Below, in pieces: positions 11,831 through 24,800 of a DNA stretch of 64,000 nt. Position numbers and translations under genes: made by a program. Numbering within the stretch: the stretch's first letter is position 1; the number at the start of each line of letters is the position of its first letter. Under the pieces are notes generated by a model. That model worked only from the letters and a program-made list of their open reading frames with translations, was not told the DNA's origin and ran no database searches. This DNA comes from Tricharina praecox (lineage: Eukaryota). Location of the stretch: contig NW_026250408.1 in NCBI RefSeq assembly GCF_024521635.1, forward strand, positions 186,001 to 250,000, given 5' to 3'.

Positions 11831-13300
11831 ACCCTATTGTCCGAGCTGCTGCTGGGCATCGAGATCCGCGGCCCACGTGGAGCACCACTCCAACTAGCGG
11901 GAGCATCACTCTAACTAGCTACAATTCCCCCACCTTCTTCCTAGAACGCATGCGCGAGCCGTTATCGCTTCAACTAGTATACACCGAACCGAAAGCAAGA
12001 AGCCTTTCATCACCATCACCACCGGAATCGCCACTAATACGATATCTTTATCCGCATCGTACCATCCGTCGCTCGTACTCGCATCCGGCGAATATTTCAC
12101 CTTCGTACATCGCGTTTAGTCCACCTTTTTTTGAAGGCTCACGCCAAAACTCAACCGCCGGAAGCATCATATCTTGGATTCAGAAAACCCATCGATTGCC
12201 GCATCCACGTTCTCAGAAGCTTCATGTACATAAGATCGGCAAGTAATGGGATTGCCTGGCAGGTGATATTTGGCTATGGCTGTGCAAAAAGAATAGGTTC
12301 GAAACAGGATGGGCAAGGTTCCGAGTGTCGCGGGTGTGTTCGATTAGGATCAAAGCTTCGAGCGGCGTTGCTTTGAGCTCTCCGGTGCTACTACAGGTTT
12401 TGGTAAGCTTTTGGGGGAGTTTGGGGTGTTCTTCTTTGGTTTAAACTTTCCGGAGGCTGTTTGATTTACCTACATGTACCAGTATTAGGTTTGGGTTTCG
12501 GTTATCTGTCATGGAGCTCCCTAGACGTCGATGTGTCCATTTCAAAGGACAAAGTCTACCCGAGTTTTCCTTACATCTTGGTCCCTATAGGTAGCTCGGG
12601 CATCGAGACAGAGCGGATATGGATAACCAGCCCAAACCGTCGGTGGGGGCCATCACCGAATGCTGCGGCAATTCGCTCCTCTCTAGACGCCTACATCCGA
12701 CGAATTAAACCAGCTGGGCCTTGTGGAAGCCGAGATCCCATGAGATAGTCTAGGCGCGCACGAGTGATATTTCATTGCTGTATCTCTCTCTCGGGGTGTC
12801 AGTAAGCTTGTCGCGCGTGCCCCACACTTCAACTGTGCCCCCATCGACCTAATGGGGGTAATCGGTCATCTGCCTTTTCTAATACCTAGTCTCATCCGAC
12901 TCGATTCTAGTAACAAGCTGGCTGCAGATTCATCATACCGACACTATAAAATCCAACCCCGTTTTGTGTGTCTTTATTTCTTTTATATTTTCCGTTGTGG
13001 CATTTGCAAGTACGTGAAAACAAATATCCACCTAGTTGTGCATAGTCCAACCAGCTGTGTTACATTTCGTGTCACATCTCCACGTTCGGAAATTCTGCAT
13101 TACGGAATCCCATGCGAGGTCGGCCTCCAGTGAAGTAGCAGAGCCTCGTGGTCTGGCCTTCTGGAGTATCCCCGCTTTCTGTCCCTCACCTTCAGTAGCC
13201 GTCGCCACGAAACGTTTCGATTCCACGACGCGACCCAAAACGCGAACCTTAGAAATACCAGGGGCTTCGCCTAGTTACGTCACAGTCGCTTCTATCGGCG

Positions 13301-15069
13301 ATGCCTAAGCGACCAAGCGATGACCTTGAAGTCCGTAGAGATTATCTTCATCCTTGGCCGAAACCGAAGAGGCGCCGGACGCCTCGTCTATTCCCATAAA
13401 CACATTGTCTAGACGTCGAAGAAGTCCTCGAAATCCGAACCAAACGTCGAGGTCACCGGAGCCTCGTGATCCCGCCTGTACGTATACGGTAGAAGTGCCT
13501 CCTATCGAGTGTCATAATTCGGAAATTTCAGCCACCGCGACCAAGGCACGTATCATCGATCGGATCGCGGGTGCGGCGCCGAAGTGTTTTCGGATATCTG
13601 CCGTCCCACGAGATTGGAGCGATAGTGACTTGCGTGCTGCCCTTCAAGCTATCGATGGGTCTTTGAGCGACCAAGACTACGAACTATCACTCTACCCTAC
13701 GTGTTGCGACTTGGATCAGACCGCGTTGCTGAATTTTCGCACCTTCACCGAATACTTTCTCGACTTTGACGGCAAGGAAACTAGATACGAGCGGATTCCC
13801 AAAACGGCTAGGAGGGCAGAAGTGGATCTTGTCATCGACTGCCATTTCGACGACTTGACACCGTTGAACGTCCCGAGCGACAACATTATCGCCGAGTTGG
13901 TGCACCTTTCCTCGCCGCCGCCGTTAGAATGATTGACGTAACTAACATTGGGCGTCTCTTAGCGTAGTCGCAGTGACCGGTCTCGCCGGCCATGCGTTTG
14001 ATTCCTGGCGCAGCCGCAAAACTCGCCGTATGTGGCTAACAGACTTCTTGCCGCTAGACGTCAAGAACATCAGGATCATGACCTACGGCTACGATAGCAG
14101 TCTCGGAACTCGCGAGTCCTCCATGAAAATGGTCGACTACAGAAGTCACTTCATCCAACAGCTCAAGAATTCTAGAGGCGATGCAAAAGTACGTGATGTA
14201 TGTTTACAATAGCTGACTTCGATAGCCAAGGTGCGCGCTGGTTGACGTACATACGTGATTGTTGTTACAATTAGGACCGGCCGATCATATTTATAGGGCA
14301 CAGCCTTGGGGGTATTTTAATTTTACAGGTACATCCATACGGGAGCACGGGGATCTTGACATTTGTTGATCTTGGACAACAAGAATGGCTAGAATCCATC
14401 TGCCACCCTCCCGGCTCTAAATACTCCTGCTCTTCTGACCGTATTTATGCCACTTCCAGGCATTGGCCGATTCCCATCGCAATCCTCTTCACAGGTCTAT
14501 CCTGGACGCAACTCAAGGGACATTCCTTTTCGGAACGCCACACTTAGGACTTCGAGTCGACGAATTACACGAGATGGTGGAGGCTGACTCGGCCGACTCG
14601 GGTCCAGGCGGGCAAAAGGCGACCTTCCTCGCGCAGCTGAGGGAAGGCTCGGACTTTCTCGTCACCCAGAAGGAGGATCTTTGCCGTGTATGGGAGCAAT
14701 TCAAACATCAAATTATCACCTTCTACGAGACGATGGAAACAGCGACGGTCAAGCAGGTGACCACGCACATATATATGCCTCGACTGATGTTGTTACTACA
14801 ACCGCTGATGTCATGCAGTCGGCGGAATCTGGAAAGTTTTCTCGAGATGGGACAAGGCTATGATGGTCCCCAGTTATTCCGCTCGGTTATTTTTGTCGTC
14901 GGAACATCGGCTGCTGGTGAACAGAAACCATACGGATATGGTCAAGTTTGAATCCAGGGCGGACTCGACATAACAATCGGTGGTGAATCACATGAATGCC
15001 TGCCTCGGCGATCTGCGATCTTTGGACGGTTTGCAACAGTCTCCACGTGTGAAGTTAGAGCGCATCTGA
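13301..15069 (+). pseudogene. SesB-like alpha/beta-hydrolase pseudogene, paralogue of the 5' half of 3152-8503, with no NACHT
   Basis: PKCFRISAVP, VIDCHFDDLTPLN, VVAVTGLAGHAFDSW, MWLTDFLP, FIGHSLGG (14296-14313), FLFGTPHLG, NRNHTDMVKF; introns at the same positions as in locus 1. Frameshifts near 13340 and 14852; TAA at 14971. The upstream region 13165-13300 is homologous to 3015-3150. Confidence 0.82.
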
Positions 15070-16351
15070 GATTTCCAGTGAGTTAATGTTTTGGACTTCT
15101 GTTACCTGTATTTACTAGTACTCTTGTGTCCGACCACCTTGGGTATGCGTCCGGGAAGTTTTCGTGAACCGAAGATGGAGAGTCGGGCCGCGGCCCTTGA
15201 TTCGGAATCTCTACATCTACGAGATGGCCAAGCACCTGCGAGTGATACCGACATTATGTCCAAATCTGAGGATATCAGTTGCCTGAGCGCAAGCTACAAT
15301 GTGGAAACCATCAATCGAAGCGCATTCTCCTACCCTTTTAATATGGCCCCGTCTGAATGATTACTTTAACGCCATCGCGCCAGGTTTCGGATCTCCAGGT
15401 CACGACAAATCCACCCGGCTCTGGAGTCCAGAGTCGGGACACCGCCCTTCTGTTACTCTGTTATTAGTCGTGACGTCTGTGATCTGGGTCCACGGCCCAG
15501 ACGACTTCTTTCACGTGCTCTCTTGGCGATTTGGTTCGAGCCAACCGATTCCGAACACTAATCCTCGAGTGACGCATTCAATGCGGAGATGAAAAAACTG
15601 CGGTCATGAACTATGACTCATCGCGTATGGTTTCTGATCAGAATAATATGGATCTAGCTTTTAACATCATTCAAACACTTCTACGGGATATGCATCGAAG
15701 GGAATCGGGTTTATGCCGTAGGCATGGGCTGGCCGCTGGCCCCAGCAGACACGGAATCAAATCTGCTTCATCCATACTTCGAGGAGGTTCCTGTTCCTAT
15801 TCCCGCTGATTGTCGGTTCCAATACGAGTAGTTATACTCTCTACCCTAGATTTACTCATCACTAACAGCGTCTTTGCAACCCTGACAAACCAACCCAGCC
15901 ACCAAGTTGATCGCAACCGAGAGTGATATCCCATGATTAAGCCTACTGACATCATCCCTGACACCTGTTAGTCCATCGGCTAACCCATTGAGGACAATGA
16001 TGAGCCCCGCTCTTGCCCAGCATGGCATGTCGCTCGAGAAGCGGGCGTTCGCTAACCCTCGCCATCAAAGCCAGGATCGCACACGCGAGCTCAGCGGTTC
16101 TCTCCGTCAGCTATGACAAGATCAGATGAATCCCTCTCCCGCGAGCATCCCCAGTGAGGCTAGCCTCCGTCCCCCATAGGTACGTATACCCCCCCAAGTG
16201 CACTGGGAGATAGGTAGCTACCCCACCAGCTCACGTACGCCACCTCCCAGTCCTCCTCGCAAACAGTCCATGGACGCGAGGCCACGCAGCCATAAAGCCG
16301 CAGCCCTCCCAGGACCGATGTGACAACCGCACCCACACATCCACCGCGACC

Positions 16352-17092
16352 ATGCACGTCCGCGCCGCCGTCCGCGCCGACATCCCGACGCTTGCCAGCG
16401 TCTACGCACGCGCTTTCCACGACGACCAGCTCTTCTCCGCGCTGCACCCGCGCCGCAACGAGTTCCCCGAAGACTTCACCGCCTCCTTCGCGCGCACCTT
16501 CCAGACGCTGTTCTGCACGCGCAACGTGCTGATCCTTGTCGCCGCCGACGAGTCGTCCAACAACGGCGTTGCCGGTGTAGGCGTGTGGGTTCGCGATGGC
16601 ACGCTGGGCGGGAAGGATATCAACCCCCGCGCCGGACTGCTGCTCGGTGTGTGCCCACCCACTCCACCACTGCGCGCGCGCCCGAATCTCATGTAGTGGT
16701 TGACAGACGTCGAGTTTGGTCTTCGCGCGCTTTTCGCGCGCATCTTCCCGCCGAACGATCGCTCCGGGGCCCCCGAGGTGCGCGCAGAGTTCGATAGGGC
16801 GTTTGCGCGCATCGGTGCTAAAGACGAGTTGATACCGCCCGCAAGATGGCACCTCAAGTACCTCGGCGTCGATCCTGCGTTCCAGCGCCGCGGCGTGGGC
16901 GCCATCCTTGTCAGTGCTGGCGTGGACAGGGCCCGCGAGGAGGGCGTACCCGCTATGCTCGAGGCCAGCCCGAATGGGAAGAACTTGTACGAGAAGCTGG
17001 GGTTCAGGGTTGTGGGCGAGATGGTGCTGGAAAACACAGGCGTCGGCGGGCCGGTCATGAGGTGGGACCCGCCCGAGGCGCCGGTGGAGTAG
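16352..17092 (+). CDS. GNAT-family N-acetyltransferase (~230 aa, 2 exons)
   Basis: MHVRAAVRADIPTLASVYARAF N-terminus; acetyl-CoA motif A LGVDPAFQRRGVGAILV; motif B LEASPNGKNLYEKLGF. Probable 48-nt phase-0 intron 16649-16696 (weak branch site). Confidence 0.88.
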
Positions 17093-17298
17093 GATGGCAA
17101 TCCCACATGGGACGTGCGGGATCTGTAGGGACGGTTTTTTTTTGGCTATTTTTCGTTGGCTTGCGTTTTTTGTACAATCTACAGTCTGCTTGGAAATGCA
17201 TGAGGTAGCTCTTTTCTCTGGGATTCGCGTGTGGCCTGACACGATGTATGACACGAAGGCAATCTGACTCTATACGTACTTTTCACACGATTGAGGCT

Positions 17299-18207
17299 CT
17301 AGAAAAACTCACCCTCGCGTGGAGAGCGCCTAGGACGCTCGCTCCCGGAGCTCTGCGTCCACTGGCTCGCTGGTATGTTCGAGGTCGTACCACCCGGGAG
17401 ACCAGCGGCGCCTCCCCACCCACGGCCGGACGTACCGCTGGAGTGGGAAGTGTTGTACGCGTATCCACCGGCATCACCGAACGGTCCCGGCGACGTGGAA
17501 ACGGCGCCCGCGCGAGCCGCAGCCGGCAAGCGGTTATCGTCCTCCTCCTGCTGTCTCCTCCTCCCGCGAGCGGGCGGATCAGCGAAGGGATCAGCCTCAT
17601 CCCGCATGTCCGGCGGAGTCGCACAGTCAAGAACCGCACCGGGAGCCGTCAGCGGCGCCCGCGCTTTCAAAGTCCTCAACAACCTCCTGACACGATGCGC
17701 GTCCAGCCCAGCCTCATCCACGAAGCACCTGCGCTCCACGAGATCGATCCGCTCCATCCATATCGGCAGCCAGTTAACGACGGCGCTACGGTCGCGCCGC
17801 CACAGCAGCTCCCCGGCGACGAGCGCAAACAGCGCCTCGTTGCTGCGGATCACGCGCGCCACCGTGCAGCCGTCGCAGCTGTCGGGCGAGTGCAGCAGCG
17901 CGCGGTAGTAGTGTAGCAGCCGCTCGGCGGCGTCGATATCGCGGGCCCTGAGAGGGGGGTGCGAGGGGGCGCGCGCGAGCGCGAGGGCGGTGGCTAGGAG
18001 GTCGGATTTGTTGGTTGATAGTGAGTGCAGGCGCGAGGAGAGCGAGCTCAGAAGCGTGCTGTTGAAGATCCGGTGGGCGGTGCAGAGCGTTCGGTCGCTG
18101 GGCTGGCGGTGGTCCCGTTGGAGCTTTGTTGGGAGGTGCTGCGCGCTGCGCGGATGCTGGAGCGTGAAGGTCACGCTGCGGCGCTCGGGGTCGCTCAGGG
18201 GTGACAT
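17299..18207 (-). CDS. Hypothetical protein (~302 aa) with CxxH...CxxC motif
   Basis: Uninterrupted GC-rich ORF from ATG 18207 in a good context; TATATAA ~55 nt upstream on the minus strand; LCTAH and CDGCTVARVI segments followed by a helical region and a disordered C-terminus. Convergent with the GNAT gene. Confidence 0.65.
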   Translation of the reverse strand: MSPLSDPERRSVTFTLQHPRSAQHLPTKLQRDHRQPSDRTLCTAHRIFNSTLLSSLSSRLHSLSTNKSDLLATALALARAPSHPPLRARDIDAAERLLHYYRALLHSPDSCDGCTVARVIRSNEALFALVAGELLWRRDRSAVVNWLPIWMERIDLVERRCFVDEAGLDAHRVRRLLRTLKARAPLTAPGAVLDCATPPDMRDEADPFADPPARGRRRQQEEDDNRLPAAARAGAVSTSPGPFGDAGGYAYNTSHSSGTSGRGWGGAAGLPGGTTSNIPASQWTQSSGSERPRRSPREGEFF

Positions 18208-19040
18208 CAACAACGGAGGACAGAAGTTTCTGCCACGGCGCGCTGCGGGGCCATTCCGTTATATAAGTACTTGCGTACGTACAAGATCAAAGGCTGTGAG
18301 TGTGAGTGTCGTTCACACTCACATTCACACCCACATTGTGAACCTCCATCGTCCGGTTGCCTTCATCTTGAACGGTCTGGGCTTCTCCCCGATGGCTGTT
18401 CTTTGTGCTATGTACAAGGTACCAGCCAGTAGAAGGAACTACCCCATACCTTCGGTATAAGCCATCGAACTTGGTGGCCGCCAAATTTCCATCCTAAGAG
18501 TTATGCGGGTCTCGATGGCGATAGCGAATACTCCTGCGGTGCCACGCAGACTTTGAAAATCCCACTCCTTGCAGAAAAACGAGTGATATCGCATGCAGAG
18601 CACGAACCAGGTCAGATGAGCGGTGTGGCCGATCAATGGACATACACCGTGCCTACTGTCCAGCGCAGGTAGGAGTGGGCAGTTGGCACCCGCCACCTTC
18701 CTTTATTGTCTTTCCAGTATCCATATCCGGCAGACCTCAACGGTAGAATTCCCCGAGTCTGAATGATGGGGCGCCTAGCTGTCTGTCTTTGGGTTACGCA
18801 TACGAGTAGGTGGAGTACCTACGGCTCGTGGACCGTCGTGACGGGTTGCTTGCACGGATAGCCTTGGGTCTAGGGTATTTACAAGACATGCGGCAATGGT
18901 GCATTTGCAATGGATAGGCGTGCTGTCTTTATTGTTCGTTTCAAACGCAGACAGCGTTGTGGCGCCGGGGCTTCTCCTTCGCGGGGGCTGGCACCAACCA
19001 CTTTATAACCATCAAATTCCTGTATCTAGAACGGAAAAAA

Positions 19041-20050
19041 CCCCGCGTGGTCCAGTGGTCAAGGGCCACGCAATCGACGAGGGGAGTTGAGGGAAAGTCC
19101 CCGGTTCAAAACCGGGTAAATGCCTTATGTATTCAGCTCTTGGGGTTTCCAAGCCACCCGCCGGGGGTGGTGATAGTTTTTTGTTTTTGGCGTCGTGGCG
19201 GAGAGCACTGGTTAGATATCACTCGGTAGGAATTGTCACGTGACATGCTTTACGCTGCCGGCTGTGGGGCGAGGGAAGGGAGAAAGCAAAACGTACGGCA
19301 AGGATCCGACTGACGTCGTTCCCACGGAATATAGTGGGGTGAAAGCGGCCGAAGCGCTACCAACGCAGCAGGCTACGTGCTTAGGCAATTGTTTCTCCCG
19401 ATGTTTGTGACCAGCCATTTGGCCGAATCGTTTCTATACACGATGCTACAGTCTACTACATACGTTCCCCCGAAAGCCGGCATATCTGCGTGCGCTCGCG
19501 CCCCCCATAACCAGAGCATAGAAAACCTCAGCGTGATGAAAGGGTGCATTTTTGCTATACGTCCATTGATCGTGATGGTATCCAGATACCCAGTCGTGTT
19601 GCTGCTCAGTACTGGTCCAGTATATCTGCTGCATTTGTTGATCCGTCGTGCTGAGGTTGCTGAGGTTGCTGAGGTTGCTGAGGTCGCGGGTACGTGATCC
19701 CGTTTGTTGAGTTTATTGAGTTTGCTGATCTGCTGTGCGGCCTGCTTTACGTCCGCACTCCCTCCCCACACAGTTCCCTGACTGCTGACTGCTGCTGGGT
19801 CCGTTGGTATCCGCCGCGTGCGTTGTCCGGTTGGTGTGTCCAGTTGGTCCCCAGGTTCCCAATTTGCATCAGCCCACGTTGTCACTGCCAAGGTATTGAA
19901 ACCAAGATGTGGCGTATGGACGAATGTTGATCATGTATGGCTTTCCGATCCGTGCCGCGCTGGTGGTGTGGTGGTCCTAGGAGCTGCGCGAGGATGGCTC
20001 TTTTCTTTTTTGTTGCCCAAGGCCGGTGGTGGTGGTGATTGTAAGGAAGA
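19041..20050 (+). repeat. Repeat family B, copy 1: tRNA-like Pol III head (SINE-like) plus ~1 kb body with an antisense degenerate ORF
   Basis: A-box TGGTCCAGTGG at 19048-19058; T-arm CCCGG-TTCAAAA-CCGGG at 19100-19116; body colinear with the reverse complement of 33010-34290. Confidence 0.65.
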
Positions 20051-20186
20051 GGAAGAGGAAGAGGAATGGGAAGAGAAAGGAGGAAGGTAAGTAGAGTGTG
20101 TGTTACAAAGAAGGAGCCCTAGTGCTTTCCTTCAAAGGGGTCGAGAGTTCCCCTCACCAGCCAGCAGAACGACCCTTCAAATATCA

Positions 20187-20340
20187 GGGGTGGTGACGGT
20201 TTTTGTTTTTGGCGTGGTGACGCAAGGAGGGAGCACTGGTTAGATATCACTCGGTAAATATGTCACGTGACACGCCTTACGCTGCCGCCGGCTGTGGAGG
20301 CGAGAGAAGCCAGCAAGCAAAACGTACGGTGAGGAACCCA
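20187..20340 (+). repeat. Repeat family B, partial direct copy of 19164-19310
   Basis: Shared GGGGTGGTGA..TTTTTGTTTTTGGCGT, GAGCACTGGTTAGATATCACTCGGTA, TGTCACGTGACA, GCAAAACGTACGG. Confidence 0.8.
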
Positions 20341-21564
20341 GGTCCCCCTACACAGGAGGTAAGATGAAATACCTATGAATCAGGACTGGAAGATGGCGCG
20401 GTATTCCCGACTTCTGACACGTTTGTTTCAGCAGCAGCGGCAGTATCTACAAATCCCCCAACATTCTCACGGATCCGGGCAAGTCCTTGACATCGCCATG
20501 GTGGTCTTCTCTTCTCTCCTCTGCTCTGTTCGTACATGCCGAACCCCGTATCCGAACCTCGTATCCGGCGGCGGCGGCGAATTCGTCTCGGCCCCGGCGC
20601 TTATCGCCCACTGTGCAGACTGCGTGATGCACGCCCCGCACGCCCCCCGCAGATGGAAAAAGAAAAAGCAATATCTTCACCCCACTCCGCGCCCCCCCGC
20701 GGAAATCATATGCAGAGTAGACTTTGCTAGAGTACCGTATGTAGAGGAGTGTAAGTATGTAGCTGGTGAGCCCTTACATGCCGACCAGAATGCCGGTATC
20801 GAGCTGTAGCTGTAGCTGATGATAGCTCTTGATAAGGGTTCTTTTTCTTTTCTTTTTTTCCCGGGCTCCTGGAGGCGGGGATGGGGTGGGGATGGGGGAG
20901 GGTGGTATATTCGCTACCGGAGATGGGTGATATCACCTCCTTAGGTACATCGTATGTACAACGTGATGAATCCGTTTCCAAAAGGAAACATTCACATGTT
21001 TCAACTTTCTCCGCACCACCTACCTATCTGTCCGTCCCATTTTCGTCCGTTCTCTGATAGCTTCTCTGATAACCGTGTCTTGTGCCGTCTGCGGAGCTGG
21101 AGAACACCGAACTGGTCTGGTCTGGATTACTCACTCGACACGGCTATGTATTATTGCGTGCGCTGCACGGCATAGATAACCTACATACGCAGAAGTGTGT
21201 AGTAGCAGAAGCAGAAGCAGAGGCGGCCCGAATCCTTAGTGCGGCAGTTCAGTTGCGTCCAGGCCGGCGAGCTCGAAGTCGAGCTCCAGCGTGAAGAGTC
21301 AAGACGATAAGAGCCCGAAGTTTGCCATCTGGCACTTGTATTTACTCTATTCTATTCGCGATACCGGTTATCGCGGTGAGTGGTCGGAGTACCACTTTAA
21401 AACGGTTTAATTTCCACATGCGTCGCGGTGCAGGCCGAGATGCGGCGATGCGAGTGAGATTGTGTGCGGCGACTGGTCCGGACCGGTTCCATCTGGTCGG
21501 GGGGGTGGGGAGCGTTTACTCCGAGTCTATCGATGCATATCGATATCGAACCGGTCTCGGCTAC

Positions 21565-21880
21565 GTGGGTACTGAGGGACGGGGGAGTAGGGGCGGCTTG
21601 GTGTCGTCGGCGGGCGCCGAAGAGAGGAGACCTTATTGAGACCTGGTGGGACCTGTGCGTTATGGAGGTGGGACGCGATGCAGACCCGATGCGGATCGTT
21701 GAACGTTGAACTTTTTCTGTTGGCACTGTTTCTGTTCTTGCTGTTTGTCGCTTTGTCTCTTGTCCATCACACTCATCACACTCATCATCCTGTGTGTACA
21801 TCATTACCTATCATCGACCGAGAATTCTGGTTGAATTGATCACGCTTTTGTATCTCACCCATTTTGGGTCTCTCAGTATC
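21565..21880 (+). repeat. Repeat family C copy 1 (unclassified dispersed repeat)
   Basis: Matches 54655-54955 and 55785-56110 (GGCGGCTTGG, AGAGGAGACC, TTGAGACCTGGTGGGACCT, GATGCAGACCCGA, AATTGATCA, TTTTGGGT). Confidence 0.75.
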
Positions 21881-24800
21881 CTCTCGAGCATCGCTACCTA
21901 TCCCATCGCCGCTACAGCGCTCGGCGGCGGCAGCGGCGGCGGCACTTCAGCGACATGACATGTTTTTCTGCAGGTGACTTTCTGCAGGCGAAGCTCGAGC
22001 ACGTTGCATGCGAAAGTGCGGCCTCGACTGCCATGCTCTACTATAGCATCTACTCTATCACGGTCCAATGCGATGATTCTCAAACGAAAAAGCAAGTGCG
22101 ACCGCTCGACCGTCGAACCGACTAGGTACACACCGCCGCCCGACCGCCCGCCAATGCCCGTGCACCTCCAGATCTGCAGCATGATCGCCGCGCTTCGGCA
22201 GCAACCAATGCCATCGCGAGACAAACGTGGCCAGCCGGTAGTTGATCCGGGGTCGCTGCACGTATATACGGCCGATGTTCCGACCCGCTCCGAACATCTC
22301 GCCTCTTCATCTCGGCAAAAAAAAAAGATTCTTTCGCTCGTCGGTTTGATGAGCGGGCGGCCGACAAATCGGACGGTGCCGCGCCGTTTGCTTCTATTTG
22401 CAATACGTGAGACCGCTCCCAGTCAATCTCGGACCTGCAGCTAACTGTCGCTGCGGAATATAGTGGGTACATAGACGGCCAATGGAGATGGACATCTCAT
22501 AACTATCTACATACTCAACGGCCTCATTGGCGAGTGCGGTACGGTACGGTAGAGTACAATACGTACGTAGCGGTGGGAGTTGATATTTGCAGCTGCAGAA
22601 TAAAGTGCCGTATACCTACAGTGTCTACCTATGGTATGTACCCGACGGGTGGCCTTTCTTCCCTTCTCCATACCTCCACACCTACCCAGAGTACCTCATG
22701 TACTAACTGACCTCCGCTTCCCAACGCGGAGAACTCTCGCCATTTCATAGATTCAACACGCGTAAAGTAGATTCGGCACCTCAGGAACACTCTTCTCCCC
22801 ACCTCGGAACCGCGAGTGTTTCTCGCGACGGCGAACCGAAACAGGAAACCCCAGCCCATTCCTCTATTGGCCGATCGCCTCGACGGCATCCCAATAATTT
22901 CCCTTGCACCTGCGGCCTGCACCCTGCGGCCCTGCGGGCCTGCGCAGAAGACTCGAGACTCGAGGCGAGTGCGAAAGGTATGGGGCGTGATTGGACCGAA
23001 CCACCCAATTGCTGGGGGACGAAGTGGCCTGCGGCCTGCGGGGGCACTGGGCACAGTGGCGTTGACCAGGTAACTAGCGGTACGCACCGGATAATCCACC
23101 CTAGAGTCCACTCTACTATTTACTACCATAGTTACGAGTACTATTCTGCGTACCGTACTGCGCTGACTTTTGCCCTCTCTGGAGTCTGGAGTCTGGATTA
23201 TATACCTACATCCAGGTATGAGGTAAACTATGCGCACCGTTCGCGCGCCTAATCTTTTCACCCCCAAATGTTTTACTCTACTCTACCGGTGCTCTACTGG
23301 GTATCTATCTCACAACCTCGTTGGTTTCAGCTAAAACTCCCCCCCCCCCCTCCTCCCCGCCTCCGCAGCCAATCACCCGACCAACCAACCGACTATCCTC
23401 CATGTCTCGGATTCCAAGTTTTCCGTCCATTTTTTCGATGCAAGCTTGCAGCCGCCGAGTGGGAGGAATGGGAGGAGGCCAATCGCGCCGTCGCCACCGC
23501 GATGGAATGTCTCTGCGTGCGAGATAGGATGTTCTCTGGCATTCTGCTGCAGTTTCTTGCAGAGGTTGCGTGCATGTGTGCATGTTGCAGGTGTGCAGAG
23601 TACATGCCCACTACGGTACTATTACGGTACTCTATGATGCAGGCAGGCAGGCTGGCAGGTCTGGCCCACACGGTACCTACTTCACTACTTGCGTACTCTA
23701 CTCTACCGTAGAGTATCGACATGTGTGGAGTACCTAGATAGCCCGGCGCATGCAAACACCCCACGGCGAGTGTCTTGTTTCCTCTATTCGGCGCTGGGTG
23801 GGCACTTTGGGTGGGTGGCTCGTCTACTATGTTCTCCCGCAAACACGAGCGCAAGGGGGGGTGTCAGCCGGTGCCAGTTGGGGGGATCATCCCATCCATC
23901 AGCTGCAGCGAAGGAAGGAAACTCGGGAAAGGGAAAGGAAAAGGTGCCTGCAAGCTCGGATAAGCCGACGCGTTGAGAAGGAGCGTAATTTCACGAGTGC
24001 GTACTCTACATACTCCAGAGTGCTTTTTCTTCTTCTTTCGGCGGATGGATGAAGGAGATGGGAGATGCGAGAAGGGAAGGGAGAGCTTCCTTCGTCAGGA
24101 GACACATCTCCAGTTCCCGTCCAGTTCCCATCCATCCAGGGGCCCAGCATCCTCCGGTTTTTGTTCGTGCATCATCCCGCAGCATCGTCCAGTGCTCTCC
24201 CCAGCTCGGTGTACTCCATGCAGCTGTCGGAATTTCTTTGCCAGAACAGAACAACTCACCCTCTCTAGGCTGGTTCGCGTTTGACTACTGCTCTAGTTCT
24301 AGAAAACAGCGTCGCTTTCCCCCTTGCGAAGCGGACGCATTCGAAGCTCCACCCCTCCTCCTCTCGCACGACCGACCGAGACCGAGGCGACCACCACACC
24401 GACAAACAGACAGACACAGGACGCATAGTACATATGGGTAAGTGAGCACGAGTCCGCGAACGACCGACCGAACGAAGGAACGACAGCTAGTTGCGCGACA
24501 CGACACGACGATGGCGACCTCGATGGCGACAATACTGTTGGCGACGATACCGACGACTACGACGACGATCGTGGCGCCGCCCGTTTACGACGACACGATG
24601 ACGATGACGACATTACCGCGCGGCGACTACAAATCGCGAAGCCTGAGTCGCGATGATGGTGGTGATGAGGTGCGCGCGCTTCCTTTCCTCCTCCTCTACT
24701 TTGCGATGTCGATGTTCTTCTCGGCAGTGGTGCGACCGAGGTAACTCGCTCGCTGCTCGCGATCGCAAGATTCCTCGCATACACAACCTACATACATCTC

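Noticed and set aside
16160..17916. Long ORFs overlapping the GNAT and hypothetical genes
   Set aside because: Antisense or off-frame shadows with no recognisable motifs.
19041..19125. Functional tRNA gene
   Set aside because: No 3' acceptor strand, an irregular anticodon arm, and the sequence continues into a dispersed repeat.
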